From a virus (taxonomy: Duplodnaviria; Caudoviricetes), in IMG/VR virus record IMGVR_UViG_3300007508_000607, positions 8 through 64,007 of that record: DNA of 64,000 bases; one strand, given 5' to 3'. Shown one piece after another: positions 38,555-50,773 of this stretch (its first letter is position 1; each line of letters begins with the position of its first letter). Below the pieces are notes generated by a model. That model worked only from the letters and a program-made list of their open reading frames with translations. It made no database searches and had not been told where the DNA came from. A program made the translations under genes and the position numbers.

Positions 38555-41185
38555 ATGAAGATAACAAATCCAACTATAAATTTATTCGATGACTTCGAGC
38601 TTTTTCTGGAAGGGGTAAAAGTTCCTTTTGTTTCTGCAAACATATCAGAGAACGAAGTAGGGTTTCCGTCTTTAAATCTTTCTTTTGGGGCCGGTACTGG
38701 GGCACTAAGAGTTTTACCTGGAACTATCGTTCAGTTATTTGGCCCTAATACTACTCCATTAGGAAAGTCTGAATCTGTTCTAATATACGAAGGAGAGGTC
38801 AGTTCTGTGGGATACCAAAAAACAGACTCATCTAGATCAGTTAGCTTATCATGTACAAATTTATTAGTTAGGTGGGGAGACATAGAGCACGTCTCTAAAG
38901 ACGTAGTTCCTTTTGACTCCCTAAGCTCCAGTGAGAATGGTATGTATAATTTTATAAATACGGAAACTGACGCTGGACAAGTAACTTCAAGCATGTTAAA
39001 GAACTCGGGTAATGTACCAGAAAAAACAACATCAGGTAGTTTTGAAAGTATAGCCATGTTAGGTGGAGTGGTAAGTACTATTGATCAGCTAATACAATCA
39101 CACTCAGAGGGTGAAAATAAAGCGGACTGGCATTCTCTTCTTCGAGACATACTGACGAGTTTTGAAAGTACTGACTTATTTTTTCAATTCTTAAACTCTT
39201 CCATGGGTTTAAAGAATAGTGTAGTAGCTTTCCCAAATAAGTCAAACTTAGATGGCATGAAAAATGCACTTCTTTTAAAGGTTTTACAAACACTAGGTAA
39301 AAATGCGAGAAAAACAAGTTTACTGTATATAATAATGACGGTTTTAAATGAATTAAAATACTCACTACTAGCACCAGCATCACCAACTTCTGGATATTCT
39401 CCGTCAGGGGACAATACTAAGATACCTTTTAGATGTTTAGTAGCCCCTTCCCTTGAATGGGGCCCGCCAGCGTTATGTAATGTTTTTTTCTCAGACCAAG
39501 TTACGTCCTTTAGATATAATAGAGCATACCTGGGCGAGCCGACAAGATCTTATACTCAATTAACTTACAGCTACTCCCCAAAAAAGGGAGAGACGTACAC
39601 AGATAGTACAATATATGCAATACCATCCGTTCCGACTGTATACGAAAATCCTACTTTATCCACGTCACACAATATAGAAGAAACATACAGAGGGATGCGT
39701 CCCCACAGAATGAAGTTAAATGATGTAAATATTACAGGGTTAGTCAAACAAGTAATTTCAGATGGGGATGACGAGAGGCCTACTACACGAGAAGACTACA
39801 TAGGGAAGGGGTCTGAGGGCGTAAAAATAATTAGAGAGTTATCTCTTCAATCATTTGCTAAGCAAAAATTTTCTTCTAGGTCCCTCACATTAGATACAGT
39901 ATGAAGTCCTAATAGATTTTGTGGAATGCCGGCAGTCATAATAGAGCCAGGAGCTCCTTCGATTGTTGGTGTAATAACTGATATAAAAACTGCTATTTCT
40001 GCACAAGGGGGCGCAAGAAGCTCAATTACTTTTAAAAATACCGTACTAATTTATGATGATAACTTCTCAGGGATATTCTCCCCACCATCCGGTAGTAGTG
40101 AAGAAGGGTCTTGAGAAAAATATGCTATAAATGACTTCTCCGCTGATATGATTCCCGTATCGTTTAGCGGGTACTTTGATAATGAGTTGTATAGTTATCG
40201 TAATGTAGGGACAGATATTTACACGTATATGCTTTTTGGAAAAATATCAGAGAGAAAGAAACTGCAGGATGATTCTGGGTACTCAAAAGAAATAAACGAA
40301 ACTTTAAAAACTAGATCTAAAGAAAAGGACGGTCAGTTCATAAAAACTGATAGATACGATCAGTCTATCTTTAATTATATTCGCGGGAGTAAAAAAGATA
40401 GCTACCCACTTGTGTCTAGAGAGGGTTTTTCTCCGGATGATAATACTGAGTCGGAATCCCTAAAGTACAGTAAGTATCTTTACCAGTCTATAATAGAGTT
40501 AAAGAAACTGTATAAAAAAGTGGCTGGAACAACAGCATCTCAGTCATTTATGACCAGAGTAAACTACAGACCTATAATAACTCAAGCAGATTATTTAAAC
40601 TTTATTGGTGCTCGTAATAACTACCCAAGTAACGCGAATACCGATTATAAACAACTTTCCACTATTTTACATGATATAAATATTCACAAGAAAGCAAAAG
40701 AAACTACACCGGATCCTGCAACAAATACTTTTGTAGTTACAGAATACGGAAGTGATGATAAAAGTTCTTTTACTGTGAATCAAGTAAACTTAAAAATAAA
40801 AAATTTAAAACGAGACATAAAAACATACGAAGATTGGATTATGGGAATAGAGAGTGACTATCTAGAAATGTTACTTCCACCAGTAATTTCTATGGAAAAA
40901 TCAATAGAGCAGGCTAAAATAAACGCATCTTCCAATTCAGAGCTTATTAATTTGAAAAGTAAGATAAGCGAACAGCAGGAAAAAATATATAAGTGGTTGA
41001 AAGCTATAGCTTCTTTTAAAAGTAATAAAGTAGATAATACAAAAGACGCAGGCCCGTCTCAAGTAGAAGAAACTCTCAGTGAAAATATAGACAAACCTTA
41101 CTCTTATGTAAGACTAAACCACGTATTAGAAGCATTTATAAGGAACTCAGAGCGTAAGTCAAATAAAATAAATTTAGTGAGGTAA
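38555..41185 (+). CDS. Putative baseplate hub / tail-associated protein (876 aa, TGA=Trp at 39902 and 40112)
   Basis: Three same-frame fragments; LFLEGVKVPF, PPALCNVFF; position after tape measure. Confidence 0.65.
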
Positions 41186-41188
41186 CAA

Positions 41189-42322
41189 ATGGGAACTGGA
41201 CTTTCAGAGCAAAAAAATATAATTGACACAGGAACAAATACCAAGAGTACTACATTCCCTCAAGCCATGAACAAGGTAGGAAGGGATAAAAATATTTTAA
41301 TTCCATTGGTGAGGAAAGACTCGCCAACTCATTTAGCAGAGTCTATAAATTCTAACAATGAAGGTGTAGGTGCTTTTATAAATGTAAAAGAAGGAAGTAA
41401 AATAATGTATCAAACAAATAAATTTACTTTGCAGGCATTTTCATTTAACCTGCAAGAGAGATCACAAATATTAAACACTTTTGGATCATCCAGTGTATCT
41501 TTCTTCGGTGACTCAGCTAGAGTATACAATTTTTCAGGGGCAGCAGTTGATTATAGATCTACAAGGACAGGAAGAGAGCATGAATACTTTCACGGGAGTA
41601 GTTTAATAAAAATGTATAATGACGTCTTAAGGGGGACTCAATTAGTGAAGAACAATCAAATAGCATACATCACTATTGGCAATCACCAAGTTGAGGGATA
41701 CCCTCTCTCCTTTAGTTCGACATACTCGTCTAATTCAGACAAGATTGTGACGTTTAATATGTCCTGATTAGTTACAAATCATAGTCTTTCAAATGGGGCT
41801 CCAGATGTTGTATCTGAGAGGGATTTACAAAACATGTATATACCGTCAGTTGACTTAGATAAAGTAACTGCCCAGTATATAAAAAAAATAGACTCTATCC
41901 TTGATCCAGTAGAGAACTTTTTAGTACTTAGTAAGTACACGGATAAAGTAAAAGATGGACAAGAAATTATAGAATTTATAAATTTTGGGACAGACTACTT
42001 TTTAATGGTAGACGATAAGTTTAAAAAAATTGATCCTAACATAGACATAGTCAGAGAAATGAAGGAGAGAGCAGTGGTATGTAAAGACGCGATATTAAAT
42101 TTTTATGATAATCCAGATTCATACTTATCACCTATACTTGGAAGTATGTGAGTATCCAAAGAAAGGGTAGAAGAGTCTTTTACTGGTATTTTATCAGGTA
42201 TAGAAAGTATTTCGACCGACAAGGTATCAGATGTTATCTATGAACTTGGAGACGGGATCCGTTTATTGGGTACCCTTCCAAACAAACTATATTCTGTAAA
42301 AGCACAACATTTAACTCAATAA
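41189..42322 (+). CDS. Putative tail tube initiator / baseplate protein (377 aa, TGA=Trp at 41765 and 42149)
   Basis: QERSQILNTFG...FFGDSARVYNFSG; readthrough ends at TAA just before next gene. Confidence 0.6.
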
Positions 42323-42335
42323 TCACTCATAACTT

Positions 42336-43058
42336 ATGAATACATATTCAAAACAACAGGAATTAGAACTTTTTAATAAGTACAAAGGTGGAGATAAGCA
42401 AGCCAAAATAGATTTGGTTCAGTCTCTAACTCCGATAGTCATGATGCAATCTAATAAATGGGCTGCATCTGGCTTACCAAAAGCTTACATAGAGCTAGAA
42501 GCAAAAAGATTAGTGGGGGAGGCAATAGATACTTACGATCCAACAATGTCGCAATTAAACACTCATGTAATTAATTATTTAAAAAAACTAAGCCGTAGTG
42601 TCATGAATTATCAAAACGTCGGGCATATACCAGAAAACAGGACATTAATTATAGGTAAATATAATACTGTATACGATAACTTAGAGGATAAGAAAGGTAG
42701 ACCGCCCACTGTGGTTGAATTGTCTGACTCTATGAATGTTTCTATTGGGGAGATAGAGAGGTTACAATTAGAGCAACGTAAAGATCTATCCATGGCTGAG
42801 CTACAAGATTCTGATGATGCAGGAGGTTTTTATTTTTATGCAAGGAACGAAGATGTAGACCCAGTATTAAAGCAGGCAATACAGTTCGTATACTTTGATG
42901 CTGATCCTGTGGATAAAAAAATAATGGAACATACTTTTGGATTAAGCGGTATGCCCAGAATGACCGCTAAAAACTTGAGATCTAAACTTGGGTTAAAGGC
43001 TGGAGACATGAAAAGACGTCAAAATAACATTGCCAAGGAGATTAAAGGACTAATATAA
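42336..43058 (+). CDS. Divergent sigma-70-like factor (candidate late sigma)
   Basis: GDKQAKIDLV, EAIDTYDP, GRPPTVVELSD, C-terminal HTH-like segment. Confidence 0.7.
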   Translation: MNTYSKQQELELFNKYKGGDKQAKIDLVQSLTPIVMMQSNKWAASGLPKAYIELEAKRLVGEAIDTYDPTMSQLNTHVINYLKKLSRSVMNYQNVGHIPENRTLIIGKYNTVYDNLEDKKGRPPTVVELSDSMNVSIGEIERLQLEQRKDLSMAELQDSDDAGGFYFYARNEDVDPVLKQAIQFVYFDADPVDKKIMEHTFGLSGMPRMTAKNLRSKLGLKAGDMKRRQNNIAKEIKGLI

Positions 43059-45157
43059 TGGCAGCACCGTTAGAAACACTTGCCCTAACTTTAGGTAACT
43101 TAGGGTTTGAAATAGATGATCCCTGTGATCCATCTAGTATTTTAGAAGTTCTTGCGGACGAGACAGCCAAGATGGTAGAAAGGGTGGAGGACGCTATAGA
43201 TGACTTACTAGGGAAATCTGGAGGGTCGGTACTTGCAGCTTTATCTGTAATAGTTGCTCATATGGCAAAAGATGCAGCTAGGGACTATGTAAATGGTTTT
43301 GTTAGTGACTTAATGTCAAAGGGTTATGGTGCAGTTTTTGGGGCAGTTGCGGCTGCTTTAGGGTCTACAGTTAGAATAGAAATTATTATTCAATACTACG
43401 CGGTCCAACATTTAATGGCTGAGCTAGAAAAAAGAAAAGAACTTGGGTTTATACTAAAAAATGATGTTGCTTCTGTGGCTGCTGTTCTTTTAAATATAAA
43501 GAATACTATTCACGGTAGACAAGGTGACGACCCCTTTAAAGAGATAACTAGTAGTCAGCTCCATATAAAAAGGGCCGGTAAGATTGTTAGTGGGGAGATT
43601 AACAGGATGAAAATACAGAGTGGGTCTTTCCCAAGAATGTACTATTTAAAAACTGCATCAACTAACATTGAAGCTGCTATAAATTCATTGTCTGGAAATT
43701 TTTTTACAGAACTAAAAAAAAGAAAAGATGAAGTTACGCCTATTTTTACTAAGTACGGTATGGATGTTTCGTCTGTAGAAGTTTTATCCCCAACTTTACT
43801 GAAAAATAGTATACAAGACAGATTCTTTAATGTTCCGTCAAACCTAAGTGATTCTGAAAAAGAGGGGTATATAGAGGAGCAAAATACTGCCTTTACAAAT
43901 TTTATGTCAGAAGTTACTCCGGTATTACCTAAAGATTTACAAACATTTTTATTGGAAAATTCTATATCAGGTGTTATTGATAGATTGGTAGAGTTAATGC
44001 CAATCACGGCTATTAAGTACACGAGAGATATGTTAAATTTAGGTAGTGGTCCTTCAAACAATTTCTCCAATCAAATAGGATCATCTCTATCAGGTAAGAA
44101 AGAAACTGAAAAGGCTATGAATTATATGAGTGACCCATCAAAAAATAAAACACATTGAAAGAGGATAATGGGGTCTATATCTGTAGCCAACGGGGCTATA
44201 ACTTTATTTTTATCTAATTGAGGTATACTAAAGATTTTAGGAAGTTCCACTACATTGCTATTAGAGCCGGCTCTTAATACAATTTCTGAGGTAAGTGTTG
44301 ATGTTAGAGGTTTCTTAGATAAGGATACAAAAACAAAGATGGAAGCTTTTGGAAAAAAGAGCTCGTGAGTAACTAAGCTTACTTCTGCACAAACACAGTT
44401 AAAATCTGTTATAGGAGAAGAAAAAGTAGATGAGGACGGGAATTCAATATTTTCACCTCAAGATGACTTAGAGTCCTTTGACGTAGCACAAGAAAGGTTC
44501 GAAGACTTAAGAATTTATATAAAAGATACTTTCAATAAAAAAGATTCCGCTAAAAATGCTTTTAAACAATCTCAAGTATCTCTAACCCCTGTTGGTATGG
44601 GTATAATGGGCATTGTTTTAGGCGGCATTAATTCTAAAACTATAGGTCAGTTACGAAGTATACAGAGTAGTATAACAAATCAAATAATACATGATGATGC
44701 TTTGTACGGGTATTGCTCAAACTTCATGTCTTCTGTAGAGCAGGTAAATGACTTCCCCGAATTAAAGAAAAAGTACGATGATTTAATATCCGGTATGCCC
44801 GATTCTATGAAAGGGCCTCTATCTCTTGGAAATATAAGTAATATAGTAGCTACACTCAGTGGAGACTCGTTGGAAGGCAGTGCTCTGGGAGAGCTTTTAG
44901 GATGTTTAAATGTAAAAACTATGGACGGGTTTCCAATAGGAGACCCTACTAGGATAATTAAAGAGAAGGCGCAGGAAGCATCAGCAAAGCTTATGGGGTT
45001 GGGAGAAGGACTTTCGGACTTCAAAATATGGAATGAAGATGCAGAAGACACTATGAATGAGCTAGAAGATGCATACATTTTAATAAATAAGCTATACACG
45101 CAAGTAAAAGACGTTATAGAAAAATTAGAGATAGATAGAACTATAGGAGCAAATTAG
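43058..45157 (+). CDS. Hypothetical helical virion protein (699 aa, TGA=Trp at 44156, 44219, 44366)
   Basis: Readthrough fills the 44158-44597 gap with no TAA/TAG. Confidence 0.7.
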
Positions 45158-45159
45158 TT

Positions 45160-45588
45160 ATGGGATTAGTAGATTTTAAGTTAATTGACTACGTGGGAAC
45201 ATCTGACAGAAGGATGACAACCTTTTTTCCCGGGACTCCTGAGCAAGTAGACGGAGTTTCTAACTTGATTCAAAGGATAATAAAGCGTATATTTACAATA
45301 GAGGGGTCGGATGCTTTTAATACAGACTTGGGAACAAATTTTTACGGGTTGTTTACCGCACTCTCATTAGATGAAGTAAAACAATTTAAAAATACTTTCT
45401 CTATTCTTTTAAAGGACGTAGAAGAAGAACTTATAAATGAACAAAATGATTATTCAAACTTATCAGACTATGAGACATTACAGGAGCTATCTGTGGAGTC
45501 GATAGAGTACGACGAAACTTTTGGTGGGTGGCTTATCACGATAAATGTTTTAACGAACGCAAACAACTCAATACTAGTGACAGTCTAG
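45160..45588 (+). CDS. gp25-like baseplate wedge protein
   Basis: LIQRIIKRIFTIEGS...LGT motif; precedes baseplate J. Confidence 0.7.
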   Translation: MGLVDFKLIDYVGTSDRRMTTFFPGTPEQVDGVSNLIQRIIKRIFTIEGSDAFNTDLGTNFYGLFTALSLDEVKQFKNTFSILLKDVEEELINEQNDYSNLSDYETLQELSVESIEYDETFGGWLITINVLTNANNSILVTV

Positions 45589-45598
45589 AGGACATTAT

Positions 45599-47221
45599 AT
45601 GCCAATAAATATTCCAAATTATATAAGAAAAAGAATACAGGAGTTAGATAATACAATAGACGTACGTGAGGGTAGCGTTATATCAGATATTTTAATTAAC
45701 CCTTTAACTTCAATACTAACGCCATACCAGTTAGATCATGAAGAATTTCTTAAGAACCAATCTTTGACAGATATTTCTAAGTTAACTGAAGAGGAGTTAG
45801 ATGCTATTGCCTCAAATTATTTAATAGAAAGAAAATCTGGTAGTTTTTCATCTGGGTTTATAAACATATATTTTTCAGCCCCTAGGTCAGTAGGCCTGCC
45901 AAAAGGTACTATGTTCACGGATACATCTGGCAGTTTAAAGTTTGAGACAGTAACAGAATTCAATATAACTAAATACCAGATGAGTCAGAATACATCGGAC
46001 TACCCAAACTATGATACAGGTAAAATTCCAGTTAAATCTGTCAATCCAGGAAATGAGTATAATATGAAGGCCGGTACTATTACAAAATCCAGTAGTCTTG
46101 GATTCACTCCATTATATATAACTAACGTACAAGCTTTTACTGGTGGGGTACAACATGAAGACAACGAAAGTTTTTTAATACGGTTAAAAGATGAGATAAA
46201 CAATATTTCACTAGCATCAGCATATGGCATAAAGTCTAAGTTGAAAAGTTCTTACTCCAGTATTGTAGACATAGAGGTAGTTGGAGCAGGACATCCGTTA
46301 ATGAAAAGGGACTTAACAAACCTTGTAGAACAAGTATCTTCTTACGAAGAAGAGGATTTTTATTTAGTTTATTCTGGTAAGCATGACGGACTATACGATA
46401 AAAAACATGCAGCATACTCCGATGTATTTGTAGATATAGACGAATCAGCAGACGTTGCCTTTCCAAACCCAGCTGGGTGAATAAATGAATTTTCTGATGC
46501 TATGTATGAAGGTTTATACAAAAAAAATGATATAGAATATTCTAGACAAGATCAATTTGTCTTAGTTAGAGAGTACTTTAATTTTATAGGAGGGGCAGAA
46601 ACAGCTAACGTACAAGAAGAGTTACAGATGCATTTTGCAACTGTACTTAATTCAGGACAGTGGCAACTTCACGATGGAATTACTCCTAGTAATACGCTAG
46701 CATATTTAGATGAAATAGGTCTTGGGTATGATTCTGGCGCAGAAACAGGAGTTTTAAGGTTAGGAAAGTCATTAAGCCAGGATCCAGATTCTCCAGATTA
46801 TACAGGAGATATACAAGTTGGGCTAGCTGAATTACAAAACATATACTCCTTAGTTGGGTCGGTAATGGCAGGAACAACTGATGCTGCATATGAAGAATTA
46901 TCGAGTATGATAAGTAATGAAAACTATAATAATTTAGCCCCTATTTTTCATAAGCCTTTGTCTCAGCATACCGGTACTACAACAACTTGTAGATTTAAAA
47001 CAAACGATAAATCAGAGAACGGGGAGATGTCCTATATTACATCACTTAGAAACTCTAGCCCACATTTACCACATGATGGGTATGGAATAGCTTGGAGAAA
47101 ACAACCAGGATTTTTATTAAGGATGCAAAATAATCAAGTCTTAGGTCCTGGGGAATTCTTAAACGATCCTAACGGAGCTACACATGAAGACAATGATAAC
47201 AACAAAGGAGAAGCTCAATAA
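45599..47221 (+). CDS. Baseplate J-like protein, N-terminal part (TGA=Trp at 46478)
   Basis: DVREGSVISDIL, ELDAIASNYLIERK, FTGG...EDNESFLIRL. Confidence 0.8.
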
Positions 47222-48840
47222 TGCCAGTTTATACATCAAAAGATCCGTACAGCCCTAATTACATGGGAGACCTAGCTATGTTTGCAGAACATACTGGAAT
47301 GACTGTACAAGAAGCATCTGGATACGTAGGGAAGATAAAAGAAAACAAAAATTTTTGAAAGTACAACGTGTACTTAGTAGATAATGATATCTTACAAGAA
47401 GAGGTATGGGTAGGTCATGATCAGATGTTTGATCAGACATCTGGTAAGAATCAATTTCTACAAGCAGCTAAATCGTGGATAGAACCTAATAAGTGGTATG
47501 ATTTTCAAATGAAAGTTTGGCCAAAGATGGCTACCAAAGCTTGAGTATTTGACTCAGAAGAATTTACAGAGTTTGCGGATAACACCGCAATAATAGATAG
47601 AGGGCAAACATACCCTCCTTACATACCCGTTGCTAATGGGGAACACTTTGGGTTATCTGTTGCACAAACTAGAAATTCTGAGTGGTACTACGACAACTTA
47701 ATTATTGAATCTTTTGAAGAAACATTCCCTATGCAGTTATTTAAGTTTAAACTGGATAGCTTAGAGTTTCCGGATACTGGCCCTTTAACCATAGACTATT
47801 ATGGTGTCGGGTATGACCCTGTATTGTATGCTGCAGAGTCTGATAAAGCAACTTATCCACACAGTAAAGTGAAGCTTGGTATTTGGAATGTTAAGAACTC
47901 CGAGTGGGAATCTTTAGGTTACCATTCACACACAATAGACGACGATAGGGACTTACAAAAAATACAAGCATCTGTAGAACCAGTTAGCTGATATAAGGAT
48001 GACAATGGATTTGTAAGCTTGGCTGCAACCGCCGCTAACTCGGGGCCTGACTTTGAATACCCAGGCGCTGACTTAGACAGAGACGTAGAGCACTCTCTTG
48101 TTACGTATTATATAAAAGTTTCAAATACTAATTTAGACGGCATACACAGAGGAAACTCTACTGACATTTACGTCCATGACCCTAGTAACTATCAAGTAGG
48201 TACAGCTACTGGTACTGTAAATGACAGTAATCAAATAATTACAAATAGCATATCTTCTTTTGACCCTTACGTTGTAGAGATACTATCACTGACAGAGCAT
48301 TACTCTCAAGAAGAGTTTGATCCTTCATCCTACACAGTGTCTATGGTGGACAAATCATTAGCATTTTCAAACAAGGCAAATTTTTTAATACTATTTGAAG
48401 AGGATAGCGTTGGTACAGAAGTGGATATAACCTACAGACACTGATCTTTTGGGTCTTCTGCTAACTCCCTAATAACTGGAGAAAATTTTAAATTCCCAGC
48501 ATCTGATATGCTAGTAAAAGCAATGCCTCCTCATATAATTCAAATCAATGATTTAGAATATTCTGGTGGTATAGACGAAGTACTTATGAAAGATAAGTTT
48601 AAAGAGTATATTAACTCACTAGAAGGTACTTCATTTGATAAGTCTGACTTTGTAGACTTATTATATACTAATGGTGCTACTTACGTAAACTTAGACATGG
48701 ACGTATCAGTGAAGTATTTTAACACTGAATTTGAGAGTGATACTATAGAATTAAGTTCTCAAACATATGAAATGTCTTTAACTCAAGTTGGGAGATTCTA
48801 TGCTAATGACGATAGTGTAGAAGGAATATCACAGGTTTAG
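47221..48840 (+). CDS. Baseplate protein, possibly C-terminal J-like part (539 aa, TGA=Trp at 47356, 47542, 47989, 48442)
   Basis: ATG overlapping the preceding TAA (TAATG); single frame to TAG 48840. Confidence 0.65.
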
Positions 48841-48841
48841 G

Positions 48842-50749
48842 ATGTTTTCCCCAGACCCAAATATTAATGTTTCAGCTCTATGGGATATATTAGGAACTTT
48901 TTATGGTAAGCTTGATAAAGAAAGTAAGGAAAGAATAGAAGCTTTTTGAACTGCACTGTTCGAAGGAACAGAAGGATTAACATATGATCTGTATCAATCT
49001 AATCTTACTCAATATTTAGATCTATCAAGAGGGTACATAGAACATGGTCACCAAATTTACGATATAATTTTTGAAGGTGACGAGAAGAACACTATAAATA
49101 TGATTAGTGGTCTCCACTATTACAAACTGCCAGGAGACAATATGTACTTGTCAATTCCTGAATTAAGTGGTATAAACACTGGGCAAGTTTTACAAGAAGG
49201 CACGGATTACGAGATCCATAACTTACACTATTTAAAATTTTTAACCGATGTAAATTCTTATGAAAACAACGGTAACGAATACACCACTGCCAATAGTGGG
49301 ATAAACTTGGATACAAATCAGATGCCTGGTAACTACGGGGAGTCGTACTACTCTGTTGAGGGAATAAGTTTAGTTCCGTCATTAACCGGAGTATTTTTCT
49401 CAGCATTTGGTGATCCTAACCCAGAAAAAATTATACTTAGTGGTCGGTACGAACCCTTTGTAAGCGGGTGGCATGAAGAGAATAAGAATTACCTAGAGAA
49501 AAAGAAGGAGTGGGCTTTACATTTAACTAAGCTAACCCAGGCAATGTACTCGACATCTAAAAAACATCCTACCTTAAAAAATTTACAAAACTTGTACTCT
49601 CTTATTTTAGGTGTGCCTTTTAGTTATGAGTCTGGAGTAGTAACTAATTTAACTAGTAATTCTTCCAATAACTACATTACTATATCCGGATTGACGGGGG
49701 ACATAGTTTATGAGGTTACTAGTGACTCTCATTTCTCCCCATCAGTAGGAGATACTGTAGATAAATTCTCTTCATTGGTATCAGGTGTGTCGATGTATGA
49801 TTACAGTAGTGACCCCTCTATGATATCTGGCATACTTACAAGAAACGGAGATACATTTAAAGTGACCACATCCTTAAAAGAAGCGGGAGATGATGGATAT
49901 TACGACGGAGGTAAAAATCAATTTTCTATAAATGGCGAAAAAAGAAAATCTATTTCATTAGTCAGAAGAAAACGCTATAAATTTGAAGTTGAATCCAATA
50001 ACCACGCTTTTTACTTCTCATCAGATGTTAGAGGCGGGTACCCATTAAGGGACGAAGAAAATAGATTAGTTGAAAACGGGAAGTCTGAAGTAGGGAATGT
50101 GTTCTTTACTCCATTGAAAGACACTCCAAGTACGGTTTATTACCAGTGTGCCTATCATGAGAACGAGGGAGGTAAAGTAAATATTATAGACGACGAGAGT
50201 CGATACTTAGGAGACGTATCAAATCCACAGGAGTTTTACCATACTTTGGGTATACAAGTTACCAACCGTGTGAAGGACGTATTTAAAGGCCACAAACTCT
50301 TTATAGATAAATTTCTTACTGACAGGGTACCTCCTGGTTTAAAAGCAAATGTTTTTAATTTACCTCCGGAAGTAGTTACTTACTCAGATTATGAGTGGTA
50401 TGATCCAACATCATCTTCAGCAAATATTTTACTTTCGGGCTTGGTTTCTGACCCTGAAGACGATATATTAAATTATAAATGAGAGCTTGTAGAACCAATA
50501 GAAAGTTATGGGGGTTCTGACTTAGGGGTGACTATAGCTAATGATACAAATTTAGAATCGTCGGCTATCGTCTCTAACGTACCACCTACTAACAGGCTAT
50601 ATAAATTTAAATTGACAACTTACGATTCAGATAATTCAGTCGAAACTGAGCATTTGGTAAAAGTATCTGGTACAAGCGAGTGAACAACTTGGGGAGAAGA
50701 CGGATGAACACTGTGAGATGCAGAACTACCTTATGAAGATTTACCTTAA
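48842..50749 (+). CDS. Baseplate wedge-like protein with PKD/Ig-like C-terminus (635 aa, 5 TGA=Trp)
   Basis: Single frame; SDPEDDILNYK[W] Ig/PKD motif; YYQCAYH module. Confidence 0.65.
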
Positions 50750-50773
50750 TTTAGATAACGGATAAGAAAAGAT

